Below are positions 19,226 through 29,200 of a DNA stretch of 64,000 bases, in pieces. The stretch spans positions 8,941-72,940 of the forward strand of contig JBMOMC010000038.1 in NCBI GenBank assembly GCA_049325335.1, in the 5' to 3' direction. Source of the stretch: Nitrospirota bacterium (GTDB lineage Bacteria > Nitrospirota > Nitrospiria > 2-01-FULL-66-17). Both the position numbers and the translations under genes were made by a program. How positions within the stretch are numbered: the stretch's first letter is position 1; each line of letters opens with the position of its first letter. The notes beneath the pieces were generated by a model. It was not told where the DNA came from, made no database searches, and saw only the letters and a list, made by a program, of their open reading frames with translations.

Positions 19226-19993
19226 ATGTCTCCATATCTTCAAGAAACCATGGCCATGACACGGCGTTGGTTCCAGCGATTTCGCCGCGAGCCCATGAGC
19301 ATTATTTTCGGGCTGACCCAGCCGGTGTTGTGGCTGGTGTTGTTCGGCAATCTGTTTCGTAGCGCCACCGCGATACCGGGCATGCAGGCGCCGAGCTACA
19401 TCGCGTTCATGACCGGAGGGGTGGTGGTAATGACGGTGCTCAACAGCGGATTGGCCGGCGGGATCGAATTGCTCTTCGACAAGGAGAACGGGTTTCTGGA
19501 GCGCCTGATGGCCTCGCCGATCAAACGCAGTTCGCTGATCATCAGCCGGTTTCTGTTCGTCACTGCTCTCACCGGCTTGCAAGCGTTGATGATTCTGGGC
19601 ATGGCGTTTCTGTTCGGCGTGGTGCCGGCAACCGGGTGGATGGGCGTGGCGCTGATTCTTGTGATCGGGATGATGCTCGGCATCGGGTTTACCGCGATTT
19701 CGCTCGGCCTCGCGTTTTCCATGAAGGGACACGGCGGGTTTTTCGCCTTGTTGGGGTTCATCACCTTGCCGTTGATCTTTATGAGCAGTGCGCTCGCGCC
19801 GTTGGAGAGCATGCCGACGTGGCTGGCGGTGATCGCGCAGCTCAACCCGATGACGTACGCCATCGACGCGGTGCGTGGACTGATTCTCACCGGATGGCAC
19901 ATTCACATCGTCAAGGTCTTGGTGATTTTGGCGGTGTTCGACGCGGCGTGTCTGGCGTGGAGTAATCGCATCCTGCTACGCGGCATGCGCTAG
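19226..19993 (+). CDS. ABC-2 type permease
   Basis: About six TM segments, LTQPVLWL, NPMTYAIDAVR. Confidence 0.9.
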   Translation: MSPYLQETMAMTRRWFQRFRREPMSIIFGLTQPVLWLVLFGNLFRSATAIPGMQAPSYIAFMTGGVVVMTVLNSGLAGGIELLFDKENGFLERLMASPIKRSSLIISRFLFVTALTGLQALMILGMAFLFGVVPATGWMGVALILVIGMMLGIGFTAISLGLAFSMKGHGGFFALLGFITLPLIFMSSALAPLESMPTWLAVIAQLNPMTYAIDAVRGLILTGWHIHIVKVLVILAVFDAACLAWSNRILLRGMR

Positions 19994-20086
19994 CGCGGGG
20001 AGCCGTCCGTGCGCGGGTGTTCGCGGCGTGGTTGGCGCGCATCGCCCCTGAGCAGGCTTCAAACCGGGTAGAACGGAGGCGACGCC

Positions 20087-21157
20087 ATGCCGAACGAGAA
20101 CCTGGACCGGTCTCGGGGACGCAGGTGGAGGGCGCCGGGGCCGCGGCCAATGCAGGCGGCATCGCGGCCGGCGGCAACGCCACGATCAACAACTACCACT
20201 ACAAGACTACCCAGGTCCGTGGCTATATGCGGGACAAGGGCCCCTTGGCGTACAAAGGCATGGGGAATCCCGTCCACTCCTGGGACACGGCGCTTAAGGG
20301 GGAAATTGCGGTCAGTGACTTGCGAGAGCTGCTGCTGAATGACTCCGTGCAGCACGAGACGTTGATCCATCAACCCAAGAGAGTCTCCGTGAAGGGGTTG
20401 CTGTATCCGAGCGCATTGCTGGTCTCCGGGTGGTGGGAGTCTCGGATCAAGTAACTCGAAGGCACGACCTGGCGAAACGGGATTCAGGAATGGCTGTTCA
20501 GCGGATTTCATTCTTGGGGACCGTCGTGGGACTTTACCTGGGATTTTGAGCGTCGGGAACCGGAGGCGAGTAAACCGTCGTTCGTGGCCAAACTCGGGGA
20601 CGGGGATGAAGCCAATTCCATTCCGGTCATCATCCCGGCGGACAAAGCGAAACGGCTCGCTGAAAAATTCCAAGAACGCGGCCACGAAATCCATGTCGGC
20701 GTGAGCGGCGTGATGGCGACGGTTGACGGCGTGTTGTGCCATCGCAGCCATTGTCCCGACGCCAAACGCCTCGGCCTAGTGGGCGGCATTCTGGATTTTT
20801 GTCTCTGGCTCCAACCCGGGGAGGACGAACATAAGATCCGTCTCGATCGACAGAAGCCCGAGATCTATTCCGGCTACCTCTGGGAAGTGCCTGGCGCCGA
20901 AGGAATGGGTGAAAGAAGGCGCCGCGTTGGAACTCAACGACGTGTATTTCGTCTGGGAGCATACGAATTTCGCCGATCAAGACTCGGTCCGGTACAACCT
21001 GGACAGCCTCGAACATAAGGAACGATATCTCCGGACGCAGCACGATCACGGCGAGTTCGTGTTGCTCCAAAAATCCTCGCTGCTGGTCCATGGCTCGCCC
21101 ATTTGGAGCAAACAAGAATTTTACGACTTCTTCCTGCAAAAGGACGAGGATATTTAG
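20087..21157 (+). pseudogene. Disrupted hypothetical protein (~355 codons)
   Basis: GGAGG RBS and ATG 20087; frameshift near 20095; in-frame TAA 20452-20454; +1 frameshift near 20884 (TGGGAAGTGC). Confidence 0.7.
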
Positions 21158-21169
21158 CGCGCCTTCGCC

Positions 21170-22036
21170 TCACCGCCGAAGGCGAATCTCGAAAAGCTTG
21201 GGCCAGTACTTCCCGGTGACGAAGAGCCGGTTGTGCTCCGCGTCGTAGGCGATGCCGTTGAGGACATCGACCGCGGCCGTGCGATCGGCGGCGGGCAGGA
21301 GTCCGCGCAGATCAACGCGGCCCGTCACCAGACCGGATTGCGGCGCGATGATCACGATGTCGTCGCTCCGCCACACGTTGGCGTAGATCTCGCCGTTGAC
21401 GAATTCCAGCTCGTTCAGCTTGCCGACCGGCTGACCGTTGTCCGTGACCGTGACGCGACCGGTCTCATCAAACGTAACGGGATCGAAAAACCGCAAATCG
21501 GCGGTGCCGTCGCTCATGATCAGCCGGCTCCGATCGTGCGTGAGCCCCCACCCTTCACCGGGATAAGCGACCGTGCCTTGCGGCACAAACGTGTCGAGGT
21601 CGTAGCGAAACCCCACGCGTGATTGCCACGTCAACTGGATCAGTTGGTTCCCCCAGTCGGCGAGCCCTTCGGCAAAATGTTCCTCCGCCACCGGGCGCCT
21701 CTGGAGGACCTCGCCCGTTTCCAAACGGACTTTTCTCAGACTCGATTGCCCGTTGAGCCCGGTGCTCTCGAACAAGAATCCGTCGCGATAGAGCAGGCCC
21801 TGGGTGAATGCCGTGGGGTCGTGGGGATACACCTTGACGACCTCGTACCCATATCGCGGAGATTCGGCCGTACGCGAGGGGCCCGGGGCTTGGCGCGTCC
21901 CGGTCTGGAACCAGAGCACGAACGCCGCGCCGACTACTCCGACCGCCAACACGGCCGTCAGCGCCCGGTGGCGGGAATTCTTCCGCGTCGTTGGTCGGCG
22001 CGGGACAGGCCGCCTGACGCGCGAGTGTTTCGCCAT
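21170..22036 (-). CDS. Glutaminyl-peptide cyclotransferase (bacterial/plant type)
   Basis: PHDPTAFTQGL, FESTG, FAEG, GEGWGLT, LNELE, VLNGIAYD, TGKYWP; N-terminal TM anchor. Confidence 0.93.
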   Translation of the reverse strand: MAKHSRVRRPVPRRPTTRKNSRHRALTAVLAVGVVGAAFVLWFQTGTRQAPGPSRTAESPRYGYEVVKVYPHDPTAFTQGLLYRDGFLFESTGLNGQSSLRKVRLETGEVLQRRPVAEEHFAEGLADWGNQLIQLTWQSRVGFRYDLDTFVPQGTVAYPGEGWGLTHDRSRLIMSDGTADLRFFDPVTFDETGRVTVTDNGQPVGKLNELEFVNGEIYANVWRSDDIVIIAPQSGLVTGRVDLRGLLPAADRTAAVDVLNGIAYDAEHNRLFVTGKYWPKLFEIRLRR

Positions 22037-22078
22037 GTGGGGATTGTACACGGAGCGACGAACTCCGGGCGGCGCTTG

Positions 22079-22220
22079 TCAACCGAACGCCGAGGCCACC
22101 CAGTCACCGAGCAGATACGTCACCGTCACCACCGCCAGCCCGATTCCCACGAGTTGGGCGATCACGGGGAGCGGGGAGAGTTGCTTGCGCTGGTGAATCG
22201 CACGTGGAGCCCGACGGTCA
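22079..22220 (-). pseudogene. 3' remnant of a membrane protein gene (VIT1/CCC1-like C-terminus)
   Basis: ...RKQLSPLPVIAQLVGIGLAVVTVTYLLGDWVASAFG-stop with no intact 5' part. Confidence 0.4.
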
Positions 22221-22304
22221 GGCCGAATGAATGCCGGTACCGATGCCCCTGCCACTCTTACAAATGGGACGGTAAACGATGTGGAAAGAGGGCGTTTTCA
22301 GTAA

Positions 22305-23081
22305 TCAGATGCCGTTGAACTCCGCCCACACCACGGTATGGTCGGACGCTTTGGGCGCGCGGCGGGGTTCGATATCGACCGCCACTTCCTTGCATTTGGA
22401 GACGAGAGGAGGGGTGGCGAGAATATGGTCGATTCTCCAGCCCTTGTTCTTTTCAATGTTGTCCGGCCGTAAGTAATCCCAGAAGGTGAATTGCTGCCGG
22501 TCGGGGTAGAGCGCCCGGAACGTGTCCACGAATCCCCACGCCACCGTGTCCTTATACGCCTTGCGCGCGTCTTCGTGAAAACACACGTGTTTGAGGTGCT
22601 TCTCGGGGCTATGCACGTCGATGGGTTCAGGCGCCACGTTCAGATCGCCCAACCAGATGGCCGGACGGTCGGGCGAGAGATATTTCTTAAAGTAAATTTT
22701 TAATCGTTTAAACCACTCCAATTTGTACGCATACTTAGGGGAGTCGATCTCAAAACCCTGCGGCACGTATGTGTTGATGATGGGGATGCCCCGCACCACC
22801 ACGCGCGCGAGGCGCGCTTCGTCGGGCGGTTCGCCGTTGTCCAAGCCGAAGGAGATCTCGTCGAAGGGATCTTTACTGAACACCGCGACCCCGTTGTACG
22901 CCTTCATCCCGCGATACGCGATGTGGTAGCCGGTCTCCTTGAGCGCGGCTTCCGGGAACTCGCTGTCCTGCACCTTGGTCTCCTGGAGGCACAGGACGTC
23001 GGGTTGGTGTTCCGCCAGCCAGGTAGTCACGGCGTTGAGGCGCATGCGGACCGAATTGACATTGAACGTGGCGATTTTCAT
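22305..23081 (-). CDS. xth: Exodeoxyribonuclease III
   Basis: MKIATFNVNS, CLQETK, YNGVA, GDLNVAP, RIDHIL, SDH. Confidence 0.95.
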   Translation of the reverse strand: MKIATFNVNSVRMRLNAVTTWLAEHQPDVLCLQETKVQDSEFPEAALKETGYHIAYRGMKAYNGVAVFSKDPFDEISFGLDNGEPPDEARLARVVVRGIPIINTYVPQGFEIDSPKYAYKLEWFKRLKIYFKKYLSPDRPAIWLGDLNVAPEPIDVHSPEKHLKHVCFHEDARKAYKDTVAWGFVDTFRALYPDRQQFTFWDYLRPDNIEKNKGWRIDHILATPPLVSKCKEVAVDIEPRRAPKASDHTVVWAEFNGI

Positions 23082-23131
23082 GGGAGTGTATCGTAGCAGG
23101 TTGGCGGAATCAGGGCAACTAACGTGAGGAC

Positions 23132-23158
23132 GTCATTCCCGAGAAGGCGGGAGTCCGG
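23132..23158. repeat. GTCATTCCC-type REP, degenerate
   Basis: GTCATTCCCGAGAAGGCGGGAGTCCGG, similar to 7995-8021. Confidence 0.55.
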
Positions 23159-23202
23159 CGCGCTGTCGCCTGCAAGAAGTTCCTAATAATCCATAATTTC
23201 GA

Positions 23203-23232
23203 TTGACTTCGCTCATCCTAATTCTCTACATT
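23203..23232 (+). promoter_or_regulatory. Putative sigma70 promoter of the giant-protein operon
   Basis: TTGACT-N18-TACATT in an AT-rich patch. Confidence 0.5.
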
Positions 23233-23255
23233 TAGTGGAAGGGTCTCGGAATTCC

Positions 23256-26200
23256 ATGTTCATGGCTGGTTCAGTCGGCCCGCGCGTCCGCGGCCATACA
23301 GACAGTGGTATATCGTGGCGTGCCCGTCTACTGCCGGGCCTGGCGTTCGCGTGTCTGGTCGGACTTGGTTTCGGCATTGCAGCGCCTCCATCCGTCGCGG
23401 CTGGAACGGATGTCTCGTCTGACGTCGGGAACCGACTAGACGCGGAGCTCCAGACCCTTCGTGGCACCGCGGATGCGATCCTGAGCGATCTCAGGGCGGG
23501 AGGGACCGGCTCATCCGGCTTGGACGCGTTGCGCGGGAGCGCGGACCGGGTGCGCGCGTTGGACACGCTCGTGCGCGGTCGGTTCGGTCGCGTCGAGGCC
23601 ACGCTTCGCGAACATTCCGCGTCGTCAGCGCTCTTGGGGCGCCGCGATGCGGCCGCGGCTGCGTACGAGGCCGCGGCCGATGCGGTCCTGGCCTCGCTCT
23701 CCGCGTTGGACGCCGCGTCCCGTGGGGACCGCGCTGTGCTGACGGGTGTTTTGGAGCGGTTGATCAACGCATTGGCCGACGTGACGCCGTCCCAGGAAGA
23801 CCGACGTCCGCTTGGGATCGATCTGCCGTATCATCCGCTCGACCTGCCCACGGTCTCGCCGCGCAGGACCCCGACTGTAACGCCGGCATATCTTGCCGCA
23901 TCGTTAGTCGCCCCGGCGCCCGAAGACCTGGCGGGGACGACGTCCGATGCCGTTGCGGCGCAGGCCGAGGCCTCCGGATACGATCCCATCGCCTTGTTTG
24001 AGTTCGTCCAGCAGTCCATCGACACCGAGTTTTACGACGGCGTGCTCAAGGGCGCGGACGGCGCGCTGCGCGAGCGGCGCGCCAATGACGCGGATCAAGC
24101 CGTGCTGCTGGTCGCGCTGCTGCGCGCGGCCGGGACGCCCGCGCGGTTCGTGCACGGCGTCATCGAAATTTCGGCCGAGCAGGCCGCGGCGTGGACCTCC
24201 GTGGGGTCTGCGCAACGCGCCGCCGACCTCTTTGGGCGCGCCGGGATTCCGTACGAGCCGGTTCGGCGCGGCGGGGGCATCGGCGCGTTCAGGATCGAGC
24301 ACACGTGGGTGGAAGCCTACGTGTCCTACGGCAACTACCGCGGCGCGCCGTTGGACACCGGGGGCAAGGCGTGGGTTGCGCTCGACCCGTCGTTCAAAGC
24401 CTATCGGTACGAAACCGGCCTCGACGTCCTTGGGGAGATGGGATTCAGCGCCGATGCCTTGGCCACGGAGTACTTAGCGCAGCCGCAAACGATGGATCCA
24501 GTGGCCGTGTTACGCGCGCGGATCACCGAGTATCTGACCGCGAATCGGCCGGGCGCGTCGATCGACCAGGCCATGGGCCGCCGGGTGTTGGACGAGCCGC
24601 GCGCGGGATTGCTGCCGAACACGTTGCCGTACGCCACCGTGGCCGTGACCGACGAATTTGCGGCCCTGCCTACCGAGCGGACACATCGCGTGCGTGTGCG
24701 CGCGGCCGCGGATAACGGGGACGCGTTCGACGTGACGTTGCCCGCGTCGGAATTCGTCGGGCATCGCATCACGCTCTCGTATGTGCCCGCCACGGTCGAG
24801 GACCATGTCGCGGTCAACGCGTTCTTGCGGCTGGACAACACGCCCGCGTACTTGGTGGCGCTGCGCCCAGTGCTCAAGGTGGACGGGGTGGTGCGCGCGG
24901 CCGGAGAGCGGTCGGTCCGGATGGGCGCATACCATGACCTGACCATTGAACTGCACGGGACGCGCGGGTCCGCGGAAACCACGGACTCCTTGCTCGCGGG
25001 GGGGTACTACGCGCTGGGATTCGGCTCCCACGCGGCCGCGTACACGCCGTCGTCGGAGCCGTCCCCCCGGGACACCGAGCCGCCGGCCGGCGACCTGTTG
25101 TTCCAAATGGCCTCCGAGTACCTTGACGCCTGGAATCGGGCCGAGGAGGATTTGGCCGCGATGACGCGCGTGGCCGTGGTGCGGCCGCTGCCGTCGGTTG
25201 TGATGGTGGGCAGCGTGTACGGCCGGACAGTCCTGTTCGGTCGTCCCCAGACCGTTGATTGGCGCGGGGTGTTTGTGGACGCCAATTTTCGCGCGAGCGA
25301 CGCGATCCCCGCGGGCAACGACGCGACACGCGCGGGGGCGTTCTTACGATTGTCCGGTCTGGCCGGCTCCGTGCTTGAGCGCTCGGTGTTGGCCCAGAAA
25401 CTCGGGGCCGAGGCCGTCTCCACGGTGTCACTGATTCAGTCCGCGCGCGCAAACGGGGAGCCAATCGAAGAGATCGACGCGTCGAACGCGTCGGTCATCG
25501 CGTCGCTGAGTACGTCGGACAACGTGAAGGCCGAGGTGACCGACGCGGTGAATCGCGGCTGGCGCGTGACGATTCCGCGGTCGGATCTGATCCGCGATCG
25601 ATTCCACGGCATCGGCTACATCGTGCGCGATCCCGCGTCAGGCGGCGCCGGGTATTTCATTTCCGGCTCATTGGCGGGCGGGATCACCATCAACGACGCG
25701 CGAAATTGGGTGGAGCAGGCGTACGCCGATGCGCTCCATTTTGCGTACACGCCGCCGCCCAATCCGGATCCCACCGCCGCGCTATACATCTTTAAGGTCG
25801 CCATCAGCAACAACCAGAACGGAATCGCGGGCGAGCCCGCGGAGAGCCCGTTGTTTGTGTGGGTGCTCGACCGGGACGGGCGGCCGGTGATGGGCGCGGA
25901 CGTGACGTTCCAGATCGTCTCCGGGGGCGGCCAATTCGACGCGGCGGGCGCGCAGAGCGTGACCGCGACGACGGACTATCTCGGCATCGCGGCCGCAACG
26001 CCGATCTGGGGCCGTCACACCGCCGACGCGCCGTTCTACCTGATGGCGAATGCAGGCGATCCCCAGCCCACGCAAGTGGGACACAATCTGGTCACCGCCC
26101 GGGTGCAGGGTTCGGGGGGGCACATTCCGCTTTCTGCGCCGTTCCAGGCGTTTGCCTACCCCGGCGAACCGCACCATATTCGCAAGGTGTTGGGGGAAGG

Positions 26201-29200
26201 GAATCAATCGCTCGCTGGCACGGCCGCTGGTACGTTGCGGGCGCGAGTGGAAGATCAATACGACAACACGATCTCCAATATCGACGTCCTGTTCCGGGTC
26301 GTACCGGCCGAACCCCGGGTGGGCGCCGCTCTGCCCTCGAGCGCGCAGAACATGGTCGTCTACTCCCAAGATCCGCCCTGTCCGAACGAGAATCCCGTGA
26401 TCGGCGACTGCGGGGGCGTGGCGTCCCTCGCGGTGACCACGTCCGTATTCGGGGCCTCGGTCGAGACGATCCTGGGCGATACCATTGCGACCAGGTATGG
26501 CGTGCAAGCATCGGTGCCGTCCGCGCCCGGGGTGGCCGCCGAGACGTTCGCGCTATTTGCGGTCGGCCGACGGGATTACGACGCCCCCGGGTACGCGCCG
26601 CCCACGCTGATGATGTCGCAACTGTCTCTGGTCAATGACCGCGGCGAGTTGCTCAACAGCGCCAAGGTCGGGACCTCGTTCGCGCGACCGTTGGGCGTGG
26701 CGTTGTACCTGATCGAGGATCGCTTCCTCATGGTCCCGACCGGGGCGCCGTGCGGACCCAATGAAACGGACCCGCCGTGTTATGAAGTGCGGTCGTTGGC
26801 GACCAGCCGCATCCGTCCCGTCGATATTCAGCGCACGGGGCCGGATATCACATACCCCACGGTGACGCCGGACGCAGTTTCGGTTCCGAAACAAAGTGAG
26901 ACCGCCAATATCGCTTTCAACGCAATTGCCGGTGGTGGCAGTGTGGTCCCACCGGTGCAGAATGCGCCGGGCCACGGCCTGGGCCAGGGCCGGTACGAGG
27001 CCGTGCTGACGGTCGGATCGAATCCCGTGCTCAACCGGGTCGAGGTGGACGCCACCGCAACCATTTGGTTGCCGGACATCAACCTGCACGCATCCAGCGC
27101 CGCCGGAACCGTGACTCCAAGACTCGTCACCATGCGGCCGGGCCAAGACTTCCTGGGATTGGTCAACCACGATCCCTTGCAACCCAGATTCGGCGGCAAT
27201 CCGTTGACCGTCACGCACGAAGTCTTTGGGGTCCGCGCGACCATCCCGACGCCTCCCGTGGCGTTGATCGGTCCCAGTGGGCTGGTGGCCTTCGACGCGG
27301 ACGTGAACTACTTGATCGAGCCGGCGGGCTACGCGGCGCAGACCGCGGACGTGGATCTTTTCGAGGTGAAGACCGGCGCGCCGGATGAGTGGCTCGGATA
27401 CGTGGTGGGCGACCATGCGTCCGGCGCGGGCGCCGGCACGATTCTCCAGGGCATGTTCTTCAATCCGGCCAAGCGGTATCGCGCCAAGGTGGTGTTGAAC
27501 CGAGGCAGCGAGGTTGAGCTCGCCAGCGGCCTGGAATCGCTGGACGCGTACTTGCGCGAGCCCCTGCGGTTGGATTTCGGGTCCAAGAAGCACGCGGAGG
27601 AGCAACACCGACAGAAGAAGGAACGGGATCTGGCCGCGATCTTCCAGGCCGAGAAAGCCGCGTTGGTCGGCGTGATCCAGCAGGGGCTGATCGAAGGGGC
27701 GGCGTGCGGGATTCCCACCGGCGCGCCGATCGCGATTATCGAGCAAGGCAGCGGCGCCTGTTTTTGGAAGGACAGGTTCGCGACCGACCCGGTGGGCACG
27801 TGCGCGGCGTTTCAGCCCGAAGTGAGCGATCACGACTACGAAGTGTTCGTGCCCTCCGCGTACATGCCGGGCACCGACACCTCGGGCGCGGCGTGTCTGG
27901 TCAATCATCTCAACAAGGCCGGGCAAGATTCGGAACTCGCGGACGTGACGTTTTTCCCGATGTCGAAGGAGGATTTCGAGCGCGGGCGGCTCAACGTCAT
28001 GCCGCCGGTCGTGCCGGGCGGATCGGATCCCACCGGCGACCTGGGCCTGGGCCGACAGTCGCTCCTGCTCAAATGGCTGCTGGAAGGCGAGTACGTCACC
28101 GGCATCGCCGGGTTGTCCGTTCCCGCGGTCGGCGGGCAGGTACGGCCGTTGGACGCGATTCTCGAAGACCTGCGAACCACGCCGTACATGGACGGCGAGC
28201 CCACCGGCATCCCGCGGTTGGAAGGCCACGAGTGGGCGGCGCTGCAGGAGTTCAACCTGTTCAAGTCCGGCGCGCACCTGCGCCTCAAGGGCCAAGCCGT
28301 TGATCAACGCAGCGGCCTCTTCGAGCGGCTCCAGAAGGAAGTGCACGACGTGGCCAAGGCCGGGATCAGGGCCGTGATGGCGCGGCTCGCGACCGACGAG
28401 CGCGCGAATCGGCGGCTGTTCATCGCGCGTCCGGAGTACAACTCGGGTGCGGGCTGCCTGACCGGGACCGAGGACCCCTCGCGGCCGCGGCCGCCCGCGA
28501 GTCTGTTCCCCAAGCGGTGCGACTCGTTCGAGGAGCACGTGGCCTCCACAGCGGTCAAGAGTCTGCGTGACGGATATGGACTCTTCACGCCCGAACAGAC
28601 AGCTATGATCTACAACCTGTACCGCGTGAAAGCCGACGCGACGTGCGCCGCCCCCGGCTGCACCACCCGAATCATGGATGAAGCGGAAGCCAACCGGTTC
28701 GTGGCGAGCGCGTACGACTTAATCCGGCAGGTGAGCGCCGACACGGAAGCGATCTACCTCTCAACGGTCGGCAACGACTCGGCCAACGCGGTCCAGCGCG
28801 CGGCCAATTTGTCCACCGCCCGGACCAAGGCCTTGGAGGCGCAAGCCACGGTGAAGCGCACGCCCACGACCCGGGTGCTCAACGCCAGCGTGTTGTCGTT
28901 CGAGAACGTCGAGGTCGCGCAGGACAGCGACGCTACCAACGGGGTGACGCCCCCCCGGCACGTCGTCCCGGTCGTCGATTTCGGCGAGCGATTCCTCGAC
29001 GTGGCCCGCACCGTGAGCGGCAGCCCGATTCTCGACCCCAACGGCGACGAACAACCCTTGATGAAGACCGCGCTCCCGGGCGATCAGACCCGCTACGTGC
29101 GAGCCTTGCTCGATCCGAATCATACGATTCGTCAGTGTGAGCCCACGGCCAACTTCACGGGTTTTTACGCGCATCCGCTCACGTTCAGCGATCCCGGGAC

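Noticed and set aside
20452..20454. Recoded stop (Sec/Pyl)
   Set aside because: The codon is TAA, and nearby frameshifts point to decay or sequence error
21170..22036. Glutaminyl cyclase as part of the UBact system
   Set aside because: It is membrane-anchored/exported, on the opposite strand 5 kb away, and acts on N-terminal Gln
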